Shown here: one piece after another, positions 29,248 to 41,040 of the stretch
How the letters are laid out: every line of letters begins with the position of its first letter
Position numbering within the stretch: position 1 is the stretch's first letter
NCBI GenBank assembly: GCA_951406725.2
Contig: OX597816.1
Span: forward strand, 156,488,001 to 156,552,000
Origin: Octopus vulgaris
Lineage: Eukaryota
DNA: 64,000 nucleotides
Reading direction: 5' to 3'
Notes under the pieces: generated by a model
Database searches by the model: none
The model's input: only the letters and a program-made list of their open reading frames with translations
What the model was told of the DNA's origin: nothing
Position numbers and translations under genes: made by a program

Positions 29248-29705
29248 ATATGTATACTTGTAAATATATGTATGTATGTGTTTGTATGTATATATATGTG
29301 CGTATGTATGTATATATATGTATATTCGCATGTATATGTATGTGTGTTTGCATGTATATTTATTTTATATGTTTTTTCATGTATATTTATCTATTTCTTC
29401 GCTCCACTTAACAATAACAAACTGACTACCTCCTTTTGACCACCAAAAAGCAATTGTCTTCTAATTTAACTAAAACCCCATCCCATATATCTCATTCTAT
29501 TCAATTATTCTATTTATTCATTTATTTATTTCCTCACTGATTCTTCTCATTTCAAAAAACTCTCTGGCCTTTTGACCACTCCCCCAAGAACAATAGCTTG
29601 TGCCCTGTTTATCTCCTAAATACCAACTTACCCAAAAAACGTCCCCCACCACAATCCCATTAAATCTGCCTAAATGTATAAATACCAAACCTTATTTTGA
29701 CAGCC

Positions 29706-29756
29706 AGCTTCCTGAAGATTTCATCTGAATGAAGCAGTTCTAGTCCTGTAGAAGCT
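29706..29756 (+). ncRNA. Hammerhead ribozyme, right arm, one core change
   Basis: agcttc-CTGAAGA-tttcatctgaat-GAAG-cag ttctagtc ctg-TA-gaagct. Perfect 6-bp stem I, GUA site, A15.1 changed to G. Confidence 0.7.
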
Positions 29757-29785
29757 CCTTCTTTAAAATAAAATATGTATACATG

Positions 29786-29840
<55 letters not shown>

Positions 29841-29864
29841 ACATTTATATATGTGTATATATAC

Positions 29865-30200
29865 ACAGCTCTTGAATATCCTCCCGAAGAACAGCTTCCC
29901 ACAGCTCTTCAATATCCTTCCCACAGCTCTTCAATATCCTCTCGAAGAACCTGAGGGACCTGCATGGTGTAGATGCGGATGTCTTGAAAGTAGGACTGGA
30001 TCTCTTCCTGTCAGGTGTCCCGGATGAACCAACTTCACGGCAGGAGGTGCAGATGAGGGCAGCTGCATCGAACTCTCTCATGCATCAGATGGCGTTTGGT
30101 AAAAAGCATCCGTGAGGTAAAATCGTGTAGCAAACCAAATGGCGGTGCCCCAGCATGGCCACAGCTCATTAGCTGAAACTAGAAAAATCAAAAATCAAAA
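29865..30200 (+). mobile_element. CR1-like LINE 3' end, second copy, with triplicated ~21-bp 5' junction
   Basis: (cc)cacagctcttcaatatcct occurs three times, then sequence very similar to 30605-30870. Confidence 0.8.
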
Positions 30201-30254
30201 TCATCAATCAAATACATATATGCATTTAATATATATATGCATAATAATATATAT

Positions 30255-30890
30255 GTGTGTCCTAAGCCACTTTGACTACTGCTCTCAGTTATGGTCACCA
30301 TCCAGTGTCAAGTTGATCACAGAGCTCGAGGCGATCCAACGTAGCTACACGAAGAAGATAGCCTCTATGCAGAATGTAAGCTACTGGGAAAGACTCAGGA
30401 AATTAAAATTATATTCCCTGGAGCGTAGGCGGGAAAGATATGCCATAATATACATCTGGAAGATCCTGTAGGGAAGTGTCCTGAACTTTGGCATCGAGAG
30501 TTACGCAAATGCCAGAACTGGGCGCCACTGTGTGGTGCCTAGGACTCCAAACTTGCCATCAAGATGTAGGACAAGATTCTGTGATAGCCTGGGCTTCCGA
30601 GGCCCACAGCTCTTCAATATCCTCCCGAAGAACCTGAGAGACCTGCATGGGGTGGATACAGATGTCTTTAAAATGAAGCTGGATCTCTTCCTGTCAGGTG
30701 TCCCAGATGAACCAACTTCACGGCAGGAGGGGCAGATGAGGGCAGCTGCATCGAACTCTCTCATGCACCAAATAGCAGTTGCTAGAAAGCCTTCATGAAG
30801 TGAAACCAAGTAGCAACACCAAATGGCGGTGCCCCAGCATGGCCACAGCTCATAAGCTGAAACTGGAAAAATCAAAATCAAAATCAAAAT
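30255..30890 (+). mobile_element. CR1-like LINE 3' fragment
   Basis: SHFDYCSQLWSP...LEAIQRSYTK...SYWERLRKLKLYSLERRRERY, GPQLFNILP...FKMKLDLFL, then an (aaaatc)n tail. Confidence 0.85.
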
Positions 30891-30911
30891 CATATATTTG
30901 TATATTATATA

Positions 30912-30997
<86 letters not shown>

Positions 30998-30999
<2 letters not shown>

Positions 31000-31313
31000 A
31001 GAAATTATACAAAATGTATAAATAGATGATGGGTAAAGCACCGGCACAGTTTCGATTACCTGCTGTTATCCGTTGATTTATTGCAGGAACTTCGTAGTGG
31101 CGGTTGAAGTAACAGTATTAATAAAATAGATGGAATAAAAGATTTTATTTAGAATGACACATGTTTCGACTCATTCTGGGTCTATTCGAGTATATAAGTA
31201 AATAAAAAAATACAATTAAAAAACGCACTAGAGATTTTCTGATTCGGTTTTACGTACCGCTATATGTCCATCAACTTTGGGAATGAGTAAAAAGCAGAGA
31301 AAAATTGTAACGC

Positions 31314-31371
<58 letters not shown>

Positions 31372-31881
31372 ATAATCAAATAGGGTAATAAAATAAATTA
31401 TTATTACCAGTGGCCTAGCACAAAATACGAGTTAGTCATTAGACTATATATTTTTTGTATAGAAATATAATAAAAGGCTTCCAAATAAGGAAGCGTAGTG
31501 CTAGAAACACAAAAAGGGATAAATTCATGAAAGGAATGAAAATTAAAAACATTTACCATCTCAGCTATATCCCAGACCGAACGGTTTCTACCTATTTTTA
31601 GCAAACACACAGAATATATTTGCCAGGCCAGGTTCTTCAGTGGGAAGCCTTCGTAATCCTAGAAGCACAGACTGTTAGAAGCACATGTGAATCTAACGGT
31701 TTGTATATCCTAACTTTTCAAACCTCTGCACAGACGCAAATCATACCCGGCGAGCAGAGAGGATGCCGGTAAAAAATTTACGAACAAATTTATCAAGCAA
31801 TATTTAAACATAATCAAATAGGTAATCGAAACTGTGCCGGTGCTTTACTCATCATCTATTTATACATTTTGTATAATTTCT

Positions 31882-31883
<2 letters not shown>
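30998..31883. repeat. 64-bp inverted repeats bounding an HHR-containing composite, flanked by (TA)n
   Basis: ggagaaattatacaaaatgtataaatagatgatgggtaaagcaccggcacagtttcgattacc vs its reverse complement at 31821-31883, near-identical. Confidence 0.85.
31570..31645 (-). ncRNA. Type I hammerhead ribozyme
   Basis: Minus strand tccca-CTGAAGA-acctg...taggt-a-GAAA-ccg tt cgg-TC-tggga. Perfect stem I, GUC site, one extra A before G12. Confidence 0.75.
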
Positions 31884-31915
<32 letters not shown>

Positions 31916-32177
31916 GTGAAAAGGAACACACGAGTTGATATATATGACCATTCAAAATACGACCATCAGGGCACTCCCAGATTCTCCCACCCCCTTTCCT
32001 CATCAGCCTTCTTCCTCTACTACCCTACCAAGAACTCACAACGACCTCCAACACACAAGTGCAAACAAGGGAGTCAGAGAAAGGCAGAATGCCACTTATA
32101 TCTGAACACTACTATAGAAATATTCCTTTAAAAAAACTTTTCTTCTAATTTTTCTAAATTTAATTATTTAATCGTTA

Positions 32178-32215
32178 CAGTTGAAAAGGTCTCAAAATGA
32201 CCGAAACCGGTACTG
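32178..32215 (+). ncRNA. Minimal type I hammerhead with U3-A8 core variant
   Basis: cag-TTGAAAA-ggtc tcaaaat gacc-GAAA-ccgg-TA-ctg. Palindromic stem III (accggt), GUA site. Confidence 0.65.
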
Positions 32216-32264
32216 AAATGTTCACTATAAAATTATTTTAGCATTTTCTATTTTTGACTTGTTT

Positions 32265-32318
<54 letters not shown>

Positions 32319-33562
32319 GCACAGTGTTTCTAGAACTACGCTTCCTTATTTGGAAGCCTTTTATTATATATATATATCATTTCTATTTATTTATGCGCCT
32401 TTTTCTAGCCTAGCCAGGCTCATGGGCCCGGTTTCCCGTCTATGGCGTATGTGTTCCCCCCAGCTATGAGAGGGGCCGAAGCTGGGGGACTGGCAATTAT
32501 GGTAACATTGGGACATGTAGATATGATAGGATATACATACTTTCATGCAAGCAAGGATTAAAATTTCACTTCAGTTTTACTATTCATCCGGGTTGCTGAG
32601 AGTACTTTAACATCACTCATTTCTTAGCCAGGCATAATCTGCACTTGTTGTTGGTATTTAAGTAACCATTACGTTCCTCTAAGATCCTCCACTGCATGAT
32701 TTAAAGAAACACAAAATATGGAACTCAGGTATGCTACATATAGGAAATATTGCGAGAAATCTACATGTGACTAATCACGTTGCTAGTCGCTGGAGAACTA
32801 AAGACCACCAGTATACGTTTCATACACACAATATATGCAACAATATTTCAATCAACTGGGAATGCTTAAATAATTATTACTCTAACCATAATTAGAATCT
32901 CAATGAAGGAAAATCAAGCAATATCAATATATGGTACAATATAAACAACAAAACCACGATATGACAAGAACCTTTTAACAAGTTCAATCCTACGAGAATG
33001 AAGAAAAACGTAGAACTACGAGAATACCAGATATAAAAGGTTCACAGACCAAAAGCCCATAAAAGTCTATGATACATTCCTATTATGATCTGTCTAACTT
33101 ATATCATTATGCTTTCGACACTTGGGCAATTTTTGGCATAACTATGAACAATTAAATTATATAAAATAGGTATCTCTGAATTCATATGTATACGTTTGTG
33201 TCTTCGTGTGTTTGAATGTGTTAGTGTTCCAGTGTTTCCGAATACGCGTCTATGCTTCTTTGTATAAAAATGATTCACAAACTTACCAAAGTCCTAGCTC
33301 TCAACCTTGAAATTAATGTCAAAACCGGCATCGTTTTTAAAGTTCAATTTACTCATTGACATTCTGACCTTTATCAAATAAACTATTGAATCAAAACAAT
33401 AGATTGATATATAACATATAATCTATACGATCAAAATTAATCTCTATTATTATTGATGTGTTTCTTTTTAATTAGTTGTGTTTCATGATATTCCATTTTA
33501 TTACTAGACCGTTTTAAAAATTAACAAACAATATTAGTTTTTGGCTTACTTTTTCCTTCTAT

Positions 33563-33816
33563 GTGGTGGCGCGTGGCTTAATAGTTAGGGTGTCAGCACC
33601 ATAATCGTAAGATTGTGGTTTCTATTCCTGGACCGGGCGACGCGTTGTGTTCTTGAGCAAAACACTTCATTTCACGTTGCTCCAGTCCACTCAGCTGGCA
33701 AAAATGAGTAACACTGCGATGGACTGGCATCCCGTCCAGCTGGGGAGCACATACACCATAGAAACCGGGAAACCGGGCTGTTGAGCCTGGCTAGGTTTTA
33801 AAAAGGGCGCATTTTG
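33563..33816 (+). mobile_element. tRNA-derived SINE family B, full length, 11-bp TSD
   Basis: A/B-box-like head. tttccttctat is repeated at 33552-33562 and 33817-33827. Near-identical to 37343-37600. Confidence 0.85.
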
Positions 33817-34624
33817 TTTCCTTCTATCCTGTAATTGCTTCTGTCATTGGACTGTGGCCATGATGGAGCGCTAATTTTAAGGGTTTATGCGAATAAAAGT
33901 AACCTAGCACTTGTTCTTAGGTTCGATAATTTTGATTTTTTCCCCGACCTGTTAAAGGAAACGCAAGCAAACCAACATCGACTGTCGAATCGTGGGGTTA
34001 TAAACACGAAACATTCATAAATATTCCTATTTTTCTGAACATAAAGAAATTCTATCCACCAATGTGCCGTCGAGCAATCATTTTCATCGTTCGACATTTA
34101 TGCGTATATGTATATAAACAAAATTATATGACAGACTACCACATAGTTTCCACCAACCAGTTTCACTCACATGTCATCAGTTTGACCGGGGCTGCAGAAG
34201 GAGATTCTTGACCAAGATGCCAAGCAGTGGGTTCGAAGACGAAAGCATGCATCTGCAAATCGATGTTCTTAACTGCGTACCTGTATGCGCACACAAGTTT
34301 GGCTACATTCCAAACAAGATTACTCATTACTTTTTCTTTTTTTAACTTTCCTGTTTGCTTCACTTTTCGTATTGAAATGCAAATCATTGTGTTAGTAAAT
34401 GGGATACTTTACGTAGCTCCGTCTTAAAACATAGACGCACTGGACAATTTCACGGAGGCGAAACGGAGCAGAGGTTCCAATTGCTACCTTATTTATGTTG
34501 TAGCAAGCATTCAATAAATATAGAAGATTCAAATATATTAATTTCCTCGTAGTGCTTCACTGCACTACTTTTTCTTCTTTTGTTTTTTTTTCTTTGTGTG
34601 TGGGGGGGGGGGGGGCGGAGGTCA

Positions 34625-34982
34625 CTAAACAATTACATCGAACCCAATACGTGGTAGATGTTTATTTCATCGACACATGAAAGAAGAAATCTGACATGTG
34701 CGGAATTTGAACTCAGAATATAAAGCCGAAACAAATACCTATTTCTTTACTACCAACAAGGGGCTAAACAAAGAGGGGACGAACACGGACAGACAAACGG
34801 ATTAAGTCGATTACATCGACTCCAGCGCGTAACTGGTACTTATTTAATCGACCCCGAAAGTATGAAAGGCAAAGTCGACCTCGGCGGAATTTGAACTCAG
34901 AACGAAACGGCAGACGAAAGCTGGAACAAATACCGCTAAGTATGTTATCCCACATGCTACTGATTCCCCCAGCTAGACGCCT
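34625..34982 (-). mobile_element. SINE family A dimeric copy
   Basis: Reverse complement of the family A core occurs twice (cggaatttgaactcagaa at ~34700 and ~34885). Confidence 0.7.
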
Positions 34983-35371
34983 TTGCTTACGTCATGATTT
35001 TAGAAGTGTCATTTCTATGGCATCCTTAAATTTATTAAGTGCTATTTCAAAATATTCGTATGATTTTCATACAACATTATCTTCTAACATTTTCTCTATG
35101 ATGGAATCATCTTCAAGAATGTCTTCTGGCATCAAGTTAAACATATTGTATACATTACGAATATCACCTTGACTATGATTGATGAAGCGTAGTGTTCACG
35201 TATTCCATACATTAATCACTGAATCACTAGAGTGCTGTACTAAATATTAAAATATTAAATAATAATGAATCATGTTTATACATCTATTTACGTTATAGGG
35301 TCAAAGGTTCAAATATAGCACAAGATACGATTTCGCATTTCATATCAGTGGATCGATAGTATATATATTCC

Positions 35372-35932
35372 TCTACTCTAGGCACAAGGCCCGAAATTTT
35401 TGGGAAGGTAGGCAGTCAATTAGATCGACCTCAGTACACAACTGGTACTTAATTTATCGACCCCCGAAAGTATAAAAGGTAAAGTCGACCTCAGCGGAAT
35501 TAGAACTCAGAACCTAAAGACAGGCGAAATACATATTTCTTTACTGCCCACAAGGGGCTAAATATAGAAGGGACAAACAAGGACAAACAAACAGATTAAG
35601 TCGATTATATCGACCCCAGTGCGTAACTGGTATTTATTTAATTGACCTCGAAAGGGTGAAAGGCAAAGTTGACCTCGGCGGAATTTGAACTCAGAACGTA
35701 TCGGCAGGCGAAATACCCATTTCTTTATTACCCACAAGGGGACAAACAAGGACAGACATAGGTGTTAAGTCGATTACATCGACCCCAGTCGTAACTGGTA
35801 CTTAATTTATCGACCCCGAAAGGATGAAAGGCAAAGTCGACCTCGGCGGAATTTGAACTCACAACGTAACGCAGACGAAATACCGCTAAGCATTTCGCCC
35901 GGCGTGGTAATGTTTCTGCCAGCTCGCCGCCT
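35372..35932 (-). mobile_element. SINE family A trimeric copy
   Basis: Three repeats of the gtcgacctcggcggaatttgaactcagaac core; head ends gccagctcgccgcc. Confidence 0.8.
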
Positions 35933-36194
35933 TTTATCGAATGTTTATATTTATATGCTAGTAATACGTTGGATCAATGTATGTGGGTTAAGAATTCTCG
36001 ATCGGTATTTTCCGGACGATTGTGGTCTTTTTTTGTGTATATGCTTACATTTATGTGCGTTGACTACTACATTAGAACTTTTTAGTTTTTATTTCTAGCA
36101 ATGTAGGTGCTTCTAACACCCAAGTCACATTTAGAGACAATTATAATTCTCCATTTTGGTGAAATATTGCAAACTGTTGTTTATATCAATTTTA

Positions 36195-36326
<132 letters not shown>

Positions 36327-37342
36327 AGTGTGTATGTATAATATATAAATAACAACAGACAGATAATGTGTCAATTTTCACTAAAGCTAACTTGATTAAC
36401 TGAGACAATATATCATTGAAAAAAACTGCTTTCATCAGGTGAATACATGGACTACAACACTCAAATCCAACGGGTTATTGATATACTCAATCGGATACAA
36501 TTAGTGATATACATAACCTGAATATTTTTCAGCCTGTACTTCGGTAAACGCATATGAACAAACCCACTCGATAGCGGCATGGGACGGTACAGCCCCCGCC
36601 CCCAGTTCGTATATGGAGTGTTGGAGATAATTCACAAGCATAGTACCTGCCCAAGGACAGACGAATACTAGACACACGTACACACACACGGATATAGATA
36701 CGTACGCTTATGGCTATTTGTGTAAACGGGTTTTACATCTCCATAGCATAGTTTACATTAAACGGCTCTTTCTCATGCGGTTTCCTGTTTTCTTTTTAAA
36801 ATACGGATATATAGAATAGACTGAATGGTTGATTTGAACATAACCGTACAGAGGTAGCGACAATCAGCTTGACCTGCCTCAAATACCTGGCAAATTGCTA
36901 TGCGATCGTATCATACTTAGTTAAAAAGGAAGTATATGATAACAGCTCAGACTGGTAATGCTGCTCGATTTACCGAGCCCGATCCTGCGTACCAAGTGGC
37001 ATTCAGTGTACAGCAATCTCTCCTCTGTCATTTGGATTGTTTGGCCACATGTCACATGGTCACGGTGGATGAGGAAATATCTCGACTGACATGACTGGAA
37101 CGATCCGAATACTGACTACTGGCGGATACACTGACGAGCTGCAACATCGCTCTCACCATAACTGACTTGAACACTGACACATAAAATATGTAAGATAGAG
37201 ACGGTCGGTGGCGGGGTAATCCCTGTTTATCATATGGCTGCTCAGTTGGTAATGATCTGGGGATAAACAACAAGAGTTGACAATACTTTGAAAATGACGT
37301 CATTGTCGAATATCTTTTAAAGTTAAATATTGCATGCCTATG

Positions 37343-37600
37343 TGGAGGCGCGTAGCTTAGTGGTTAGGGTGTCAGCACCATGATCGTAAGATTGTGGTTT
37401 CGATTCCTGGACCGGGCGACGCGTTGTGTTGTTGAGCAAAATACTTCATTTAACGTTGCTCCAGTCCACTCAGCTGGCAAAAATGAGTAACGCTGCGATG
37501 GAATGGCGTCCCGTCCAGCTGGGAGCACATACGCCATAGAAACCGGGAAACCGTGCCCATGAGCCTGGCTAGGCTTTAAAAGGGCGCATTTATTTTTTTA
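37343..37600 (+). mobile_element. tRNA-derived SINE family B, full length, 14-bp TSD
   Basis: tagcttagtggttag (A box) and ggtttcgattcc (B box). attgcatgcctatg at 37329-37342 and 37601-37614. Confidence 0.9.
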
Positions 37601-37654
37601 ATTGCATGCCTATGGAGAAATCACATTCAAGAGAACCAGTAAGTTTAACAATGT

Positions 37655-37866
37655 TACAAATTTTGGCACAAGGGCAACAAGTTTGAAAGAGTGGAATAAG
37701 TTGATTACATCGAGCCTAATCCTCAAATGGTACTTATTTTATCGATTCCGAAAAAGTAAGAAGCAAAGCTCACCTCGGCGAAATTTGAACCCAGAATGTA
37801 AAAAAATGGAAGAAATGCCGTTAATCATTTTGACCCCCATACTAACGATTCTGACAGCTCGTCGCT
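37655..37866 (-). mobile_element. SINE family A, diverged
   Basis: cctcggcgaaatttgaacccagaa and ctaacgattctgacagctcgtcgc. Confidence 0.65.
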
Positions 37867-38330
37867 TTAACTAGTAACTTTAATATTAAAACTAATTCTC
37901 TAGCACGTTCTTTAAACGCTTGCTACCCTGAGCTGAATATTGATTTGATTAAAACTAGAACTGAACTAAAGAATTCGTGTAGCAGATTATTACATCTTAA
38001 AACTAAGAAATCCAATGCTGCTGATGACTGGAACAAGAAATATGGAAAAGCAGATATACGAGAGAATAACTAAGACAGTTTTCACTACGTTGATTTTCTA
38101 TTTAGATTTCCTACGGCGTTTACATTAGTTTATTGATATTAGTAAGACATTTGGATTTCTACAAGCCATCAATCATATCAGGGTAAAACAGTGGAACATA
38201 GTGATACGAAATACCAGTGGTTTATGGAAATATTAGCAATATATACAGTATGTGCGTCTTCGTCTGTTGGTGTTGTACACATAAAAGAAGAGCTACATAT
38301 ATAATGTTTATATGTGTATTTTATACACAA

Positions 38331-38368
<38 letters not shown>

Positions 38369-39673
38369 TCAACAACAGCAGCAAAAACACCTGATCATTA
38401 CTGTCTGGAATCCAATACCTTGTTTCCATAGCATATGAATGACTCAGATCACAACATCCCATTTAACACCTTACTGAGCAAAACGCTAGTCAGTCGCAGG
38501 GTTATTCGTTTACAGCTGAGTAAATGAGGTAACGGGAATTGAAGTGCTTTATTCAAGAATCCAAGTTTCTGTCTGTGAATTGAAACCACGCTCATGCAAT
38601 CGTAACACTACATAACGAATGTTATAAAATAAAGGGAACATTAATCTACAGCAACATTCTAACAAACTAAAATATTGTCATAGAATAATTAAATAAGAAA
38701 ATCTACTCAACAAATGCTTCAAACACTACACCTATGAAAATACACCAAACCAATCATATGGGATGTTATATGAATCAAATTTTACTAATTATAGAACAGA
38801 TGAACACGTCATAAAATACCTTACAAAACACAACAGAAAATGCCTTACATGAAATAAATTAACACTAATACGATACCACAGAAACACTAAAAGCAATTCA
38901 GCCTGCGACAATTAATGACCAAAGTTCTGTAAAATTTTTATTGCACATCTAAATATTATAAACTTGTTGGCTTCAATTGTCGTACTGACCATTACGCCAA
39001 TCTCCTTTCGGCTTTCATTATTACAAGACATAGTTGCAATCCATTTCATTATAAAACACGAAACAAATCTTTATAGAAAAAACACCTGGTGTACGATGCA
39101 TGTAAAGTTACCGATAAAAATAAATGAACAGTAATGGAAGTAAACTAGATAACACAGCACAATATGAAAATAAAGATACTGATTACACTTGCTGCAAAAC
39201 TTTTAAACCAACACCTGATTGGTAATGTACAAATCTACAGGTCAAAATTCAACTACACGCTCTAAAGTTATTTGATGATAGAAATAATTATGTAGACATT
39301 GATGATGGATTTTGGACTTTTAGATTTAGAAACGAATTAAAAGAACTCGGAATAAAATTAGAAACAAAAACTTGATGAAACAGCTATAATATTTGCAAAA
39401 GGAAACTGTACCCTAAAAATACATGTGTGTTTTATATGTGTGTGTGTGCGTGTGTGTGTTTGTCTTTATGCATGTATTTGTGCACAGTAGCAATTCATTT
39501 ACGAATGTGTTAGTGAACACACTACATTTACATACTCTCTCCCTTCCCCCTTCTCTCTCTCTCTTTCACTCGCACACACACACACACACACTCATATACA
39601 CACTCTCAACATACTAATATCTATCTATCTATTTATCTATATATTATAATTTAGTGTATCTAAGAGATACCAA

Positions 39674-40205
39674 CATGCTGGCCACCTGAGAAGATCGGTA
39701 TTTAAGTAACAATCTTATCCTTATTTATATAAATTTATATATTTATTTTGTCATTATATTCACTGCGGTGATATTTTGACCATATCGCACGAGGAGTTTT
39801 AGGCGGGCAATTTAAGCTGGTCGTGTGCATACGTGCATATATATGTATGTATACGTTCATATATGTAAGTTTTCGTATGTTATATACATATATTTGTATT
39901 TATGTGCTATCTGAGTATATTCCACTGGTCAGGGCTGAGCATTTCTTATGCAGATCCAGAAATCCGGGATCAGGAATTATCCAGTGATTTTTTTTAGGGG
40001 GGCTAGTTTATTTTGTCTCTTCGTCTTCTCTCTTGGTGTTGTATGAATATTTTATGTGGTTTTCGAGTCAAGTTTTGGCTGCTATTTCTTAGATACCCTG
40101 AATTATTATTTTAATAATAATTATTACCTTTGAAGGTTTTTGTTCCCATGCTGGCCACTTGATAAGATCAGTATTTAAATAACGATCTTATCCTTATTTA
40201 TATAA

Positions 40206-40209
<4 letters not shown>
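39674..40209 (+). mobile_element. Element with ~63-bp direct repeats (pLTR-like) and a degenerate HHR
   Basis: catgctggccac...atcttatccttatttatataaattt at 39674-39736 and 40147-40209. attcc-a-CTGGTCA...GAAA-tccggga-TC-aggaat at 39919-39977. Confidence 0.5.
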
Positions 40210-40291
<82 letters not shown>

Positions 40292-40314
40292 ATATATATA
40301 TATATATATATATA

Positions 40315-40505
40315 GTTAATCCAAACATGAAAACACCAAGAGAAAACACAACAACGCAAGGACGTGGAACAAATATAGTATTATTGGACGCTCAAGAAGG
40401 AAGAGAAGAAGGAGGGCTTTACGTTTCGAGCGGAACTCTTCGTCAGAAACATAGGAAAAGGAAATATTCAGAGAAGGGAAGACGGAGGAAAAAAATCGCC
40501 AACGG
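40315..40505 (-). mobile_element. Short non-coding HHR-bearing element whose 3' end abuts (TA)n
   Basis: Tail shared with 18616-18690; contains the HHR at 40416-40450. Confidence 0.7.
40416..40450 (-). ncRNA. Minimal type I hammerhead ribozyme (dimer-type stem III)
   Basis: Minus strand gttt-CTGACGA-a-gag ttccg ctc-GAA-ACGT-A-aagc. The ACGT palindrome takes the place of stem III. Confidence 0.7.
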
Positions 40506-40508
40506 TAT

Positions 40509-40564
<56 letters not shown>

Positions 40565-40844
40565 GGATAGAAACACAGAAACTGAGAAAGAAAGGAAGAA
40601 AAGAACGATATAGTTGAATGCTCAAACGCGCGCACAGACATCAATGTATATAACAAAAAGCGATAGAAGGGACCTATATATATATATATATATATATATG
40701 ATTCTGTTTTACCTGCATGTATATATGATGCTTATGTATTTTTGACACTATATGTGGATCTAGCATTTGAAGTTAGTTATATTGAATTGTTTTGCCTTAT
40801 CCACTTCTTTTCTTTCCTTTTTTCCCTCGTTCTTCTTTATCTTC

Positions 40845-40859
40845 TTCTGCTTCTTCTTC

Positions 40860-40909
<50 letters not shown>

Positions 40910-40973
40910 GTTATTGTTATTATTTTCTTCTTCCTTCTCTTCTTTCTCCTTTTCTTTTTGTTCTTTTTCTACT

Positions 40974-41040
<67 letters not shown>
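40845..41040. repeat. (TTC)n, (TTA)n and (CTA)n microsatellites
   Basis: Directly visible; they explain the ORFs at 40742-41455. Confidence 0.95.

Larger units (their letters stand above)
25645..29772. mobile_element. Head-to-head inverted pair of 5'-truncated Penelope-like elements (~4.1 kb palindrome) between TA-rich microsatellites
   Basis: 25713-27773 is the reverse complement of 27836-29772, with a 62-bp spacer. Each arm is GIY-YIG ORF, long TA/CA/TG low-complexity UTR, unique tail, HHR. Confidence 0.9.

Noticed and set aside
25713-29772. Palindrome as an assembly or chimeric-read artefact
   Set aside because: The arms differ by many substitutions, block indels and unequal ends, which a fold-back artefact would not produce. 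Long-read confirmation is still advisable.
29865-29945. Three ~21-bp direct repeats resembling a CRISPR-like array
   Set aside because: They are reiterations of LINE sequence at a 5' truncation junction, with no unique spacers and a eukaryotic context.
38600-39400. A-rich non-microsatellite stretch that might be a decayed viral or Polinton gene
   Set aside because: No ORF in the supplied track and no motif I can recognise.
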